Source: Candidatus Cloacimonadota bacterium (GTDB lineage: Bacteria; Cloacimonadota; Cloacimonadia; Cloacimonadales; Cloacimonadaceae). Taken from it: 43,734 nucleotides of DNA. Below the pieces are notes generated by a model. It made no database searches, was not told the origin of the DNA, and worked only from the letters and a program-made list of their open reading frames with translations. The DNA lies in contig JALNYD010000001.1 of NCBI GenBank assembly GCA_023230025.1, forward strand, positions 1-43,734, in the 5' to 3' direction. The translations under genes were made by a program, and so were the position numbers. Of the stretch, positions 1 to 8,641 are shown one piece after another (positions within the stretch are counted from its first letter, which is position 1; the number at the start of each line of letters is the position of its first letter).

Positions 1-533
1 ATACGCCCGGATTCTTTTCCGGGATCAGCTTTCCCTTCACTCCCTGGGTGGGAGCCAAAGCTTCATACCTGATGCTGCCTACCACCTACAGGGATTCATA
101 CCTGCATGTAAATAAGCACAAACTCCTGGCTCTGGATGATGCCAAAGCTCAGATCAAACGTTATTTTCAGCAGATTCAACGCACTCATGGGGTCTTTGCT
201 CTGGATCTTTCTCTGGCAGCATACAATGATATCCACTATTGTCACAAGCTCTATTCCTATGTATTAGCGCTTGTCACATCAGCTTCAACCTGGGTAACAA
301 CTGCGATGGAACTTAGCGACTGGTGGGAAAAACGTAATAAAGTGACCATTGAAGAAAGTGAATATGAGATCTCCTTGTTCTTCCCGGAAGCCTTAGCACA
401 TTTTACACTGCAACTACATACTGAACAGAAAGTACGCGAAATCGACGGACAGAAGGCAAAAATCGAGGGTAATAGCCTCTTCTTCACTGATGTGAAGGCA
501 GAATCCTTCTGTGTGATTCGCTTGGTTCAATAG
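1..533 (+). CDS. 5-prime-partial hypothetical protein, possibly polysaccharide-deacetylase-like; first gene of the glycan cluster
   Basis: The frame is open from nt 3 to the GTG at 48 with no stop, so the gene probably enters from upstream of the window. Stop TAG (531-533) abuts the ATG of the next gene. The 'ELSDWWEKR' region only vaguely recalls C-terminal parts of deacetylase-like proteins. Confidence 0.5.
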   Translation, partial: TPGFFSGISFPFTPWVGAKASYLMLPTTYRDSYLHVNKHKLLALDDAKAQIKRYFQQIQRTHGVFALDLSLAAYNDIHYCHKLYSYVLALVTSASTWVTTAMELSDWWEKRNKVTIEESEYEISLFFPEALAHFTLQLHTEQKVREIDGQKAKIEGNSLFFTDVKAESFCVIRLVQ

Positions 534-1643
534 ATGAAGATACGCATCCTGCATTTACAGCTTCTACCCTTGATGAGCGGGGTGCAAAGGTTTTCCATCC
601 ACCTGTTGGAGGGATTGCCAGCCAGGGATTATGAGATTTATGTGGCCTCCAAACCTGGAGGTCCATTTGTGGATGCTATCCAACAGCGGGGCTGGACTTA
701 TCTGCCTATCCGCAGCTTTCGTCACGCCATCTCCCCTACAGATCTGATCAGCTTCGGAGAAATCCTGTATCTGTGCATCAAATATCGCTTTGACATCGTG
801 CATACCAATTCCTCAAAACCAGGGCTTTTGGGCAGAATCGCCGCACGCATAGCGGGAATACCTCTGATTGTGCATAGTATCCATGGCACTGCTTTTCAGG
901 ATTATCAATCCCCTCTGGTTTACCGAGGCTATATGATGCTGGAAAAACTTGCTAACCACTGCTCTGACTACAGCATATTTGTGAACAACAGTGATAGATT
1001 AAAATGTCTGCAACTGGGACTTTTGCCCGAACGCAAAGCTATCACGATTTATAACGCACTCCGTCCTGATGTCACTGAAAACAGTAGCGGACAAAGGGAT
1101 CCCAAGAGCTTCACCATTGGTAGCACGATCAGATTCTCGGAGCAGAAGAATGTGGTCAATCTGACTATAGCGGCATGCAAGGCTTGCACAATGAATGATA
1201 AACTGAAGTTCATCCTGCTGGGCGATGGGGAGCATTTCAGCTTGTGCAAGAGCATAGTGCATAGCCACCGCTTAAGTCAGCGCATCATCCTGCCGGGATG
1301 GGATTCTGATGTGAAGCCTTGGCTGAAGGTCTTTGATGCCTTTATTTTGTATTCCAGATGGGAAGCCATGCCTTATAGCATTATTGAGGCCATGCATGCA
1401 GGATTGCCCATCATCGGTTCAGATATCCCATCCATCCGTGAATTAGTGGATGATTCAGTGGGGTGGCTTGTGAGGCTGAATGATCATGACATGCTGGTAT
1501 CGACCATGATTGACGTCGCTTCAGATCCCTCAGGCGCAAAGCTTAAGGGTACTGCAGCGGCTAAGAAAGTGGTGCAGATTAGTGATTACAACTCAATGAT
1601 CACTTCCTATCGTAATATCTATGAGGGCAAAAGCGATGCCTGA
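534..1643 (+). CDS. Glycosyltransferase family 4 (GT-B fold, GT1-type C-terminal domain)
   Basis: N-terminus 'MKIRILHL...SGVQRF' and 'HTNSSKPGLLGRIAARIAGIPLIVHSIHG' are typical of the GT4 N-domain. 'RWEAMPYSIIEAMHAGLPIIGSDIPSIRELV' is an EX7E-type donor-binding motif. Confidence 0.85.
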   Translation: MKIRILHLQLLPLMSGVQRFSIHLLEGLPARDYEIYVASKPGGPFVDAIQQRGWTYLPIRSFRHAISPTDLISFGEILYLCIKYRFDIVHTNSSKPGLLGRIAARIAGIPLIVHSIHGTAFQDYQSPLVYRGYMMLEKLANHCSDYSIFVNNSDRLKCLQLGLLPERKAITIYNALRPDVTENSSGQRDPKSFTIGSTIRFSEQKNVVNLTIAACKACTMNDKLKFILLGDGEHFSLCKSIVHSHRLSQRIILPGWDSDVKPWLKVFDAFILYSRWEAMPYSIIEAMHAGLPIIGSDIPSIRELVDDSVGWLVRLNDHDMLVSTMIDVASDPSGAKLKGTAAAKKVVQISDYNSMITSYRNIYEGKSDA

Positions 1644-1714
1644 ATCCCTTCATGTGCCAGTAGATTCAATGATGCACCAAGCGATATCATCTGGCGAATA
1701 GTATCGGATAAGAT

Positions 1715-2752
1715 ATGACTACACTTATTACCCTGGCCGCTCTATTCATCTTCCTGATCACGCAGTTGCTGGTACCCTTCAACATACGGTTTTCTATCCT
1801 GCACGGTATTATCGCTCGCCCCAATGAGCGCAGAATACATAAGGTCAACACACCCGAAGCTGGGGGATTATCCTTTGCCATTCCGATTATTGCCATGCAA
1901 TTGCTGCTGGCGCTATTCACCCGGGGAGAAGAGATCAGTCGTTTGTTTTTTGAACTCTCAGTGGTGAGCACTGTGGCTTTGACCTTTGGACTTCTGGATG
2001 ATCGCTTTGAAAGTCCTGCTCGCTACAAGTTCATCTGGCAAATCGTCCTGGGCATTGTGATGTATGTGATTGGCTATAGAGTGCTGTTTATCACCAATCC
2101 TTTGGGAGAGCACTTCATTCTGGGCTGGTTATCATTTCCGATAACCGTGTTGTGGTATGTTGTTGTGATCAATGCTATCAACCTTATCGATGGCATGGAC
2201 GGCCTGGCAACCGGCATTTCTGCAATTGCCTGCATGGTCTTGCTCACGGTGGGGATCATTGAAAACAATCTATTGGTCATTTGCCTCTCCAGCTTTATGG
2301 TGGCGGGATTACTGGCTTTTCTACGCTTCAATTTCTTTCCTGCAAAAATCTTTCTGGGTGAAACCGGAGCTCAATACATTGCTTTGAATATTGCCGCAAT
2401 ATCCACAGCCGGAGCATCGCAATTCAAAGGAATTACTTCCATGACCCTGATCATACCACTGGCAGCGCTTGCCATACCCTTCCTGGACGTATCCCTGGCA
2501 ATATTCAGGCGCATCCGGGTGGGAAATATCTTCAAGGCAGACAAAGCTCATATCCATCACACCATGCTTGCTTTTGGGCTTTCTCAACGGACAATCTCGA
2601 TTATTGTATATTTTATCACTTTCCTGTTTGGCTTGATTGCCATTGGTTTTTCATTTACCGATAAAAAGATCTTATTCTCGCTACTGATGCTACTCTTGGT
2701 AGTAGTAGTGATCACAGCTTACATTTTAATGCGCATGGAGCAAAAGAAATGA
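1715..2752 (+). CDS. MraY/WecA-family polyprenyl-phosphate N-acetylhexosamine-1-phosphate transferase
   Basis: About 10 predicted TM helices. Contains 'LLDDRF', 'NAINLIDGMDGLATG' and 'FLGETGAQ', the signature blocks of the family. Confidence 0.85.
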   Translation: MTTLITLAALFIFLITQLLVPFNIRFSILHGIIARPNERRIHKVNTPEAGGLSFAIPIIAMQLLLALFTRGEEISRLFFELSVVSTVALTFGLLDDRFESPARYKFIWQIVLGIVMYVIGYRVLFITNPLGEHFILGWLSFPITVLWYVVVINAINLIDGMDGLATGISAIACMVLLTVGIIENNLLVICLSSFMVAGLLAFLRFNFFPAKIFLGETGAQYIALNIAAISTAGASQFKGITSMTLIIPLAALAIPFLDVSLAIFRRIRVGNIFKADKAHIHHTMLAFGLSQRTISIIVYFITFLFGLIAIGFSFTDKKILFSLLMLLLVVVVITAYILMRMEQKK

Positions 2753-5214
2753 AAAGACTATCCCTTGTCCTGATCATGCTTTCCGTAGTTTTCTTAAGCG
2801 GAGAAGACTGGCAAACCATCAACAACACAAATCACGTTTATAACATCACTAAAGCTGACAATAACCTCTATCTTGCCACCTGGGGCGGAGTCTTGCACAT
2901 TGAGGGTAACAGCCCATCCCAAATGAACGAGATCAAACACTGGACCTCCGGCGACGGATTGGTATCAAATGATATTCGTTGTATTGAACAAGGTGAGGAT
3001 TCAAATAGTCTGTGGCTTGGTTCACGTGATGATGGGATAACAGTCATTACTTCTTCCGGTGTACAGAATCTTGATTTGGACTTTGGCTTGCCTTCCCTAA
3101 GCATAAATAGCTTTCTGGAATATGGGTCCCGAATGTTAGTGGCCACAGATCAGGGTATGGTTGTTTATTACTATCTACCAGGAGTCAGCTTCCCCCTGTT
3201 ACTTAACCAATACAATCGAACTACTACAGGAAACGCTCTGTTGAGTGATAATATCAACGAACTTCACCTGGCAAACAACGGCATCCTTTTTCTCGCCACT
3301 GCAGCAGGTATAAATTATGTTGCGATTGACTCCCTGGACATCAATGATGCCTGGCACTCACTTAACTCCTCAGGCACCTTACCCAGCAGCCCAAGCTATC
3401 TGATCTCCAGCAACAACAACCGCATCGCTGTTGCCACTCAGACCCAGGTTTACGTCAATGATCTCTCCCTCAATCCGGATTCCTGGGAGTCAATTGCTCT
3501 ACACCCGGACCCTGAGCCAAGGGTAATCTCTGCAATCATGTTAAGTTCTTCTGATGATCTTTGGGTTGCCTATGGTGAGTGGGATGACAGGATATTATAT
3601 TATGACCGAAGCGATTCATTACTTATGAGTAAGATCAGTCCCGAGGGCAATATCACTTCTTACTATGAATCTACCAACAATCTGGGTTTGAAATCTATCG
3701 CCAGTATTCAAGAATTTGATTCTGATATATTCATTAGCACTTGGGGTGAAGGTATTGCCAAATTTGATACTCTCAGAAACGAATGGGATTTCTTTTATTC
3801 AAATAGTATTGGTTTCCCCAGAATCACCCAAAGCAATGCCGGCAAGGATAACAGCCTTTGGTTCGCCAGCGGCAATATTGGTGATCATCTCGTTCCCAAA
3901 GGTACGATGGGAGTCAGCAAATACAAAGACGGCATCTGGACAAATCTGACCATCAACAACAGTCCCCTGCAAAGCGACAATATCATGACAATTGGAATTG
4001 ATAAGTATGATCGCCGATGGTTTGGTGCATGGTCCACTGCTTATGAAATTGGCCCCTGGTTCCCTGGTATCACAATTCTAGATGAACGCAATGGAAGCTG
4101 GAAACGGCTCACAAAATGGGGTGTTGCAGATTATGACCCAGAGCTGGGAGAATATGGTTCCTATATTTCAGGTAGCCCCAGACTTCTGGGCAACACCATC
4201 CATGATGTGTATCGTGACCTATACGACAACATGTTTGTGATGTGTTATGACGATGGTGTCACGGTGCTTGATTCAGATTTGAATCATCTAAGGGACTTTG
4301 AACTCAAAAACTCTCCCTACCAAAGGGTCTTGAATGTCCATCACAATGGAAGACAGTATTTCTTTGGTACCGAGAATGATAGCGGTTTGAGCATATGGAA
4401 TCATGACAGCATCCCTGAAACCGATGGGACACACTGGGTCACGAATATCCCCTCTGAACTCAAACAAGGTACCATTTATGGTGTTGCCAGCACAGAAACA
4501 CCCTATTCTGGCTGGTATCACTTCATCGCTTCCGGTTCCGGTCTTTATATGTGGGACGAAACAAACTGGTATCGTTATGACACTTACATTAAACGCTATA
4601 TCTACAACTTCAGTACCTTCCAATGGAACAACGATACCCTGTATTATGCGGATGAAGAACGATTGTTCGGTAGCATCAGCACAGTACCCAATTCCATCTT
4701 TGGCGATCCCTTCGGACGCATTTGGATTGGCAGTTATGATAATGGAATCAGTATGTACAATCCCGTTACGGAGCGTTTTACAAATTACTTTCAGGCCAAT
4801 TCTCCCCTGCTCTCAAATCGCATTATATCCTTTGGCTACGACCCTCTGGAAGGCAGATTGTTGATTGGAACTCCAGATGGTCTGAATACCTTCAAGATTG
4901 GCCGCACTGTCAAGCCAGACGTTTCTCTTAGCACTGTGAAGGCTTTCCCAAATCCCTTCCGCCCTGATGGCTTTTCCACTGTTCAGATTGTCAATCTGCC
5001 AGCAGACAGCATGCCCAAGGGCTCAAACAAATGCTCAATATACTCCTCTTCTGGAGCTTTGATCCAGCAATTGAAAGAAAACCCCTTCGCTCGTTTTGAG
5101 TGGAATGGCAAAAACAAAGCTGGCGATTTGGTTTCCAGCGGGATATACTTCTTTGTGATTGTTGATGATGACGGCAACATCGCTAATGGCAAGATCGCAA
5201 TCATCAGGGAATAG
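2749..5214 (+). CDS. Secreted beta-propeller repeat protein (two-component-regulator-propeller-like repeats) with a T9SS-type C-terminal sorting domain
   Basis: ATGA overlap with the upstream transferase and a signal-peptide-like N-terminus. Recurrent 'LW(L/F)G(S/T)..DGI' blades: LWLGSRDDGITVI, LWFASGNIG, IWIGSYDNGISMYN, LLIGTPDGLNTF. The C-terminus 'FPNPFRPDG...SGIYFFVIVDD..GKIAIIRE' looks like a FlgD-Ig/T9SS CTD. Confidence 0.75.
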   Translation: MKRLSLVLIMLSVVFLSGEDWQTINNTNHVYNITKADNNLYLATWGGVLHIEGNSPSQMNEIKHWTSGDGLVSNDIRCIEQGEDSNSLWLGSRDDGITVITSSGVQNLDLDFGLPSLSINSFLEYGSRMLVATDQGMVVYYYLPGVSFPLLLNQYNRTTTGNALLSDNINELHLANNGILFLATAAGINYVAIDSLDINDAWHSLNSSGTLPSSPSYLISSNNNRIAVATQTQVYVNDLSLNPDSWESIALHPDPEPRVISAIMLSSSDDLWVAYGEWDDRILYYDRSDSLLMSKISPEGNITSYYESTNNLGLKSIASIQEFDSDIFISTWGEGIAKFDTLRNEWDFFYSNSIGFPRITQSNAGKDNSLWFASGNIGDHLVPKGTMGVSKYKDGIWTNLTINNSPLQSDNIMTIGIDKYDRRWFGAWSTAYEIGPWFPGITILDERNGSWKRLTKWGVADYDPELGEYGSYISGSPRLLGNTIHDVYRDLYDNMFVMCYDDGVTVLDSDLNHLRDFELKNSPYQRVLNVHHNGRQYFFGTENDSGLSIWNHDSIPETDGTHWVTNIPSELKQGTIYGVASTETPYSGWYHFIASGSGLYMWDETNWYRYDTYIKRYIYNFSTFQWNNDTLYYADEERLFGSISTVPNSIFGDPFGRIWIGSYDNGISMYNPVTERFTNYFQANSPLLSNRIISFGYDPLEGRLLIGTPDGLNTFKIGRTVKPDVSLSTVKAFPNPFRPDGFSTVQIVNLPADSMPKGSNKCSIYSSSGALIQQLKENPFARFEWNGKNKAGDLVSSGIYFFVIVDDDGNIANGKIAIIRE

Positions 5215-5254
5215 GAGCACCTTCTTCAAGCATAAACTGGGGATATACTCCGTC

Positions 5255-5271
5255 CTGCAAATTGTTTGCAG
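5255..5271 (+). terminator. Short perfect hairpin downstream of the propeller gene (possible weak terminator)
   Basis: ctgcaaa-ttg-tttgcag: 7-bp stem, 3-nt loop, 41 nt after the stop. There is no clear T-tract, hence low confidence. Confidence 0.25.
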
Positions 5272-5312
5272 CAGGGATTGTTAGCCATGTTGATACTGAG
5301 TGCCTAAAAGAG

Positions 5313-6305
5313 ATGAATGAATCATATCTGGATCACGGACACTTACATATAGTCCCCAGTCTTATTCTTCCAGAATCTGGCGTCATCATTGCCGATGCCA
5401 GAGTAAAGGCCATTTATGGTGACTATTTTCCCCGAAGCATACCCATCCTGGAGCTAAAAGCCATTGAGAGAGCAAAAAGCATGAACACTCTTGGCAAAAT
5501 ATATGGTTTCCTGAGTGAGCATAACGTACATCGTAGTGATATTGTTCATGTTGTCGGAGGAGGTTTGATCTGCGATCTGGCAGCATACGGAGTAGCAACC
5601 TTTAAGCGCGGTTGCCGGCTCCGGCTATATCCCAGCACTCTGCTATCCATGATCGATGCCGCGATTGGCGGAAAATGCGCTGTCAACTATCGAAACATCA
5701 AGAACCACATCGGCACCTTCTATCCTGCCGAAGAGATTTTCATCCATCCCAACTTTTTGCATACCCTGAGTTCAGATGAACTCCGTCAGGGTCTTGCTGA
5801 AATGCTGAAGAGCTATTTGATTTCTGATCAATTGAGTCCGCTTGATCTCAGTTGCAGCATTCCCCCATCTTCGCAGATTCTGGAGTATGCTGTCTTCAAA
5901 ATGCAGTTGTGCAAAAGTGATCCCTATGACCTTGGTGCACGCCAGCAACTAAACTTTGGACACACTTTTGCGCACATCCTGGAATCCTCCAGCCAGTATC
6001 GGTTTAAGCATGGTGACTGTGTGGTAGCCGGGATGATCATTGCCTTGAATATCAGCCTGAAACTGGGCTTGATAAGTAAGCTGTCTGCCCAGGCTCTCTT
6101 GAATACTCTGCGCCAATACCCCCTTCCTGCCGGTATTTCAGATTTCTATGGCAGTCTTGACTACCAGGATATATTGCGAGCGACCAGCCAGGATAAAAAG
6201 AACAGCAACAAAGTCACAAGGATGGTATTACCAGTTGCCTTTCGCAGGGTTGAAGTTCAGGAAGTAGTACTAAACAGTGTTGTGCTGAGTGAAGGCTTGG
6301 GATAA
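5313..6305 (+). CDS. aroB: 3-dehydroquinate synthase
   Basis: 'VGGGLICDLAAYGVATFKRG...PSTLLSMIDAAIGGKCAVNY..KNHIGTFYP' matches the AroB nucleotide/metal-binding core. The ORF-track start (TTG 5262) lies inside the hairpin at 5255-5271, so the first in-frame ATG (5313) is preferred. The start remains uncertain. Confidence 0.8.
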   Translation: MNESYLDHGHLHIVPSLILPESGVIIADARVKAIYGDYFPRSIPILELKAIERAKSMNTLGKIYGFLSEHNVHRSDIVHVVGGGLICDLAAYGVATFKRGCRLRLYPSTLLSMIDAAIGGKCAVNYRNIKNHIGTFYPAEEIFIHPNFLHTLSSDELRQGLAEMLKSYLISDQLSPLDLSCSIPPSSQILEYAVFKMQLCKSDPYDLGARQQLNFGHTFAHILESSSQYRFKHGDCVVAGMIIALNISLKLGLISKLSAQALLNTLRQYPLPAGISDFYGSLDYQDILRATSQDKKNSNKVTRMVLPVAFRRVEVQEVVLNSVVLSEGLG

Positions 6306-6327
6306 AATACTGCTGTAGCTCGTTCCA

Positions 6328-7446
6328 CTACAACAAAGCATACATCACGTCAATGCCCACCTGGATGCAGGATTCGTCCGGTAAAAACTCCGGTGAATGC
6401 AAAGAATGCTCGCTGCCACTGCCCAGCCAAAACAGCAACCCTGGATAGATTGTTGTAAAGAAACCAAAGTCTTCTCCAGTCATCACAGTATTGGCTTCCA
6501 AAAACCGATAACCCAAGCCTGTACTTCTTTCTTTCAATCGTTCATAGAGGTTTTGATCATTAACTACAGCGTCATAGGAACCCAAAAAATCGGTCTTAAC
6601 CCTGGCCCCAATACTTCGGGCACATTGGATTGCCCGTTTCTCGATTAGCTCGTTGAGGCTGTTTCTGGTCTGGATATTCAGGCTGCGATGAGTACCTTCC
6701 AATATACAACTATCGGCAATCACGTTCCTGATGCGTCCAGCCTGCATTTTACCCACGTGGAAGATCAATCTTTGGCTTTGGGAAAGCTCCAGAACCTCGT
6801 TTTGCATCTGGCTCATAAAATCGATTGCTGCTGAAAGGGCATTAACTCCCTGCTCCGGGAATGCGACATGTGCAGCTTTACCGATGAACTCCACGTCAAA
6901 CTCCTGAGGGATCCCAAAGAAGATGCCAGTCTTGCTGCTGATTGTGCCCACGGGCAGATTACTGCCTACATGCAGGGCAAACGCGGCTGAGACTGGGTAT
7001 TGCTGGATCACTCCCTCTGCCAGGATGCTTTGAGCTCCACCCTTGCCTTCCTCAGCAGGTTGAAACAGAAACAGGATGTTGTTTTGCGGGAGATTCTCAT
7101 ACACTCTGGCTATCAGACCCATCAATACCGCCATATGTACGTCGTGTCCACAGGCATGCATACAACCCTTTAGCCTGGAAGCATATTCATATCCGGTTTG
7201 TTCCACCAGCGGTAAAGCATCCATATCAGCTCTGAATAGTTGATAATCCCCTTGCGTTCCGCTATAACTGAGAAGCAATCCAGAGGAGTTCGTAAACTCA
7301 TGCAATTCAAAGTGCAATGAGCGCTCCTTATCCTGCTTCAGCATTGCCTCCAGTTCGGCTTTCAAGAATGCTTTTGTGGCATTTTCGGCAAAAGCCAGTT
7401 CCGGAATCAGATGTAGTTGCTGGCGTATCTGTCTGGGATCAAGCAT
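6328..7446 (-). CDS. M20D-family amidohydrolase (N-acyl-amino-acid / N-acetyl-diaminopimelate deacetylase-like)
   Basis: 'MHACGHDVHMAVLMG' and 'LFQPAEEG.GGA' motifs. The start is moved to the internal ATG at 7446 (MLDPRQIRQQLH...), which overlaps the asd stop by 1 nt (TGATG). The longer ORF-track form would overlap asd by 132 nt. Confidence 0.8.
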   Translation of the reverse strand: MLDPRQIRQQLHLIPELAFAENATKAFLKAELEAMLKQDKERSLHFELHEFTNSSGLLLSYSGTQGDYQLFRADMDALPLVEQTGYEYASRLKGCMHACGHDVHMAVLMGLIARVYENLPQNNILFLFQPAEEGKGGAQSILAEGVIQQYPVSAAFALHVGSNLPVGTISSKTGIFFGIPQEFDVEFIGKAAHVAFPEQGVNALSAAIDFMSQMQNEVLELSQSQRLIFHVGKMQAGRIRNVIADSCILEGTHRSLNIQTRNSLNELIEKRAIQCARSIGARVKTDFLGSYDAVVNDQNLYERLKERSTGLGYRFLEANTVMTGEDFGFFTTIYPGLLFWLGSGSEHSLHSPEFLPDESCIQVGIDVMYALL

Positions 7447-8426
7447 CAGATCCTGCCACTCATCCTGGCATGTAACTTCATAATATTCACCGCATTTGCT
7501 GCAGCTCCAATGCGAACGTTGTGTCCTACATTCCAAAAGCTGATTGAGTGTCTGTCGGTTCCATATCGAAGCCGGCAAACGTGAGCAAGGTTAGAATTGC
7601 CAATAGCCAGAGGGGTGATATAGCTATTCTCGTGTACTTGGATTGCCTCTGCAGACTGCAACAGCTCACTTGCTTCCCCAAGATCAACCTGTCGGTCAAA
7701 CTCGGCATACACTGAAGCAGAATGTCCATAGATAACGGGCACTCTCACCGTTGTCGCACAAACTGACACATTACTATTACGCAGTATCTTGCGAGTTTCA
7801 CAATCCATCTTTTCTTCCTCAGTGCTATATCCACTATCCAAAAATACTCCGATCTGAGGAATCACATTGAGATCGATGATTTCCGGATAGCTACCCTTCA
7901 GGGTGGAACCCTTGCGTTGTTTCATCAAGGTATCAATTCCGCTGTGCCCGCTGCCTGATACGGCTTGATATGTGGATACCACTATTTTCTTCAAAGTATA
8001 TGCCTTATCCAGAATGTGCAGGGGCAGAACCATTTGAATCGTGCTGCAGTTGGGGTTGGCTACAATCCCCGAGTATGAATGTAACAAGTCTCCATTGATC
8101 TCAGGAACCACCAGAGGGATATAGTCATCTTTACGGAATGCGGAAGAGTTATCTATCACCAGTTCGGAAACATCAGCAGCAATTGGGGCAAAGGTACGAG
8201 CTACTCCAGCCCCTGCAGAGAAAAACACGTAGTCATATCTGGTTAGCAGAGAATCTTCTTTAAGTTCCATTACCTCTATGGGACGATCCAAGTAATATAG
8301 CATTGTTCCGCAAGATTTTGCCGAAGCATATAAATCCAGCTGATCTATTTGAAGGTTCAGTTCTTCCAGGCAACTCATCATCATTCTGCCCACTTCACCG
8401 GTTGCACCAACAATCGCAATTCTCAT
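7446..8426 (-). CDS. asd: Aspartate-semialdehyde dehydrogenase
   Basis: 'MRIAIVGATGEVG' Rossmann N-terminus and the 'NPNCSTIQMV' active-site Cys block. The 326-aa length fits the short Asd class. Confidence 0.9.
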   Translation of the reverse strand: MRIAIVGATGEVGRMMMSCLEELNLQIDQLDLYASAKSCGTMLYYLDRPIEVMELKEDSLLTRYDYVFFSAGAGVARTFAPIAADVSELVIDNSSAFRKDDYIPLVVPEINGDLLHSYSGIVANPNCSTIQMVLPLHILDKAYTLKKIVVSTYQAVSGSGHSGIDTLMKQRKGSTLKGSYPEIIDLNVIPQIGVFLDSGYSTEEEKMDCETRKILRNSNVSVCATTVRVPVIYGHSASVYAEFDRQVDLGEASELLQSAEAIQVHENSYITPLAIGNSNLAHVCRLRYGTDRHSISFWNVGHNVRIGAAANAVNIMKLHARMSGRI

Positions 8427-8534
8427 TTAGTATGTCCTTTTGTTTGCTGTTTTTGGTGTCAAAGTGGCAGGACTCAGTCTTTTGTCAATGTAAACTTGAC
8501 GAAATGCTGCCCTTCAAAAAGCTTGCATCTGCGT

Positions 8535-8610
8535 GCCCCTGTAGCTCAGGGGATAGAGCAGCGGTTTCCTAAACCGTTGGTCGGAAGTTCGATTCTTCCC
8601 AGGGGCGCCA
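8535..8610 (+). tRNA. tRNA-Arg (anticodon CCU)
   Basis: Hand-folded cloverleaf. Acceptor GCCCCTG/CAGGGGC, D-arm GCTC-AGGGGATA-GAGC. Anticodon stem GCGGT/ACCGT with loop TTCCTAA (CCT). T-arm GGAAG-TTCGATT-CTTCC. Discriminator G plus an encoded CCA. Confidence 0.9.
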
Positions 8611-8641
8611 CTTATATTCAGCAGTAAAAAGAAAGGAATAG

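Noticed and set aside
5262-5312. TTG start for aroB as given by the ORF track
   Set aside because: The TTG lies inside the perfect hairpin at 5255-5271. The extra 17 residues are not part of the usual AroB N-terminus. The ATG at 5313 is preferred, though this is not proven.
7447-7578. 44-codon N-terminal extension of the M20 amidohydrolase ORF containing a CxxC-like 'CSKCGEYYEVTC' string
   Set aside because: It lies entirely inside the 3-prime end of asd in another frame. The internal ATG at 7446 gives a normal-length M20 enzyme with a 1-nt stop/start overlap.
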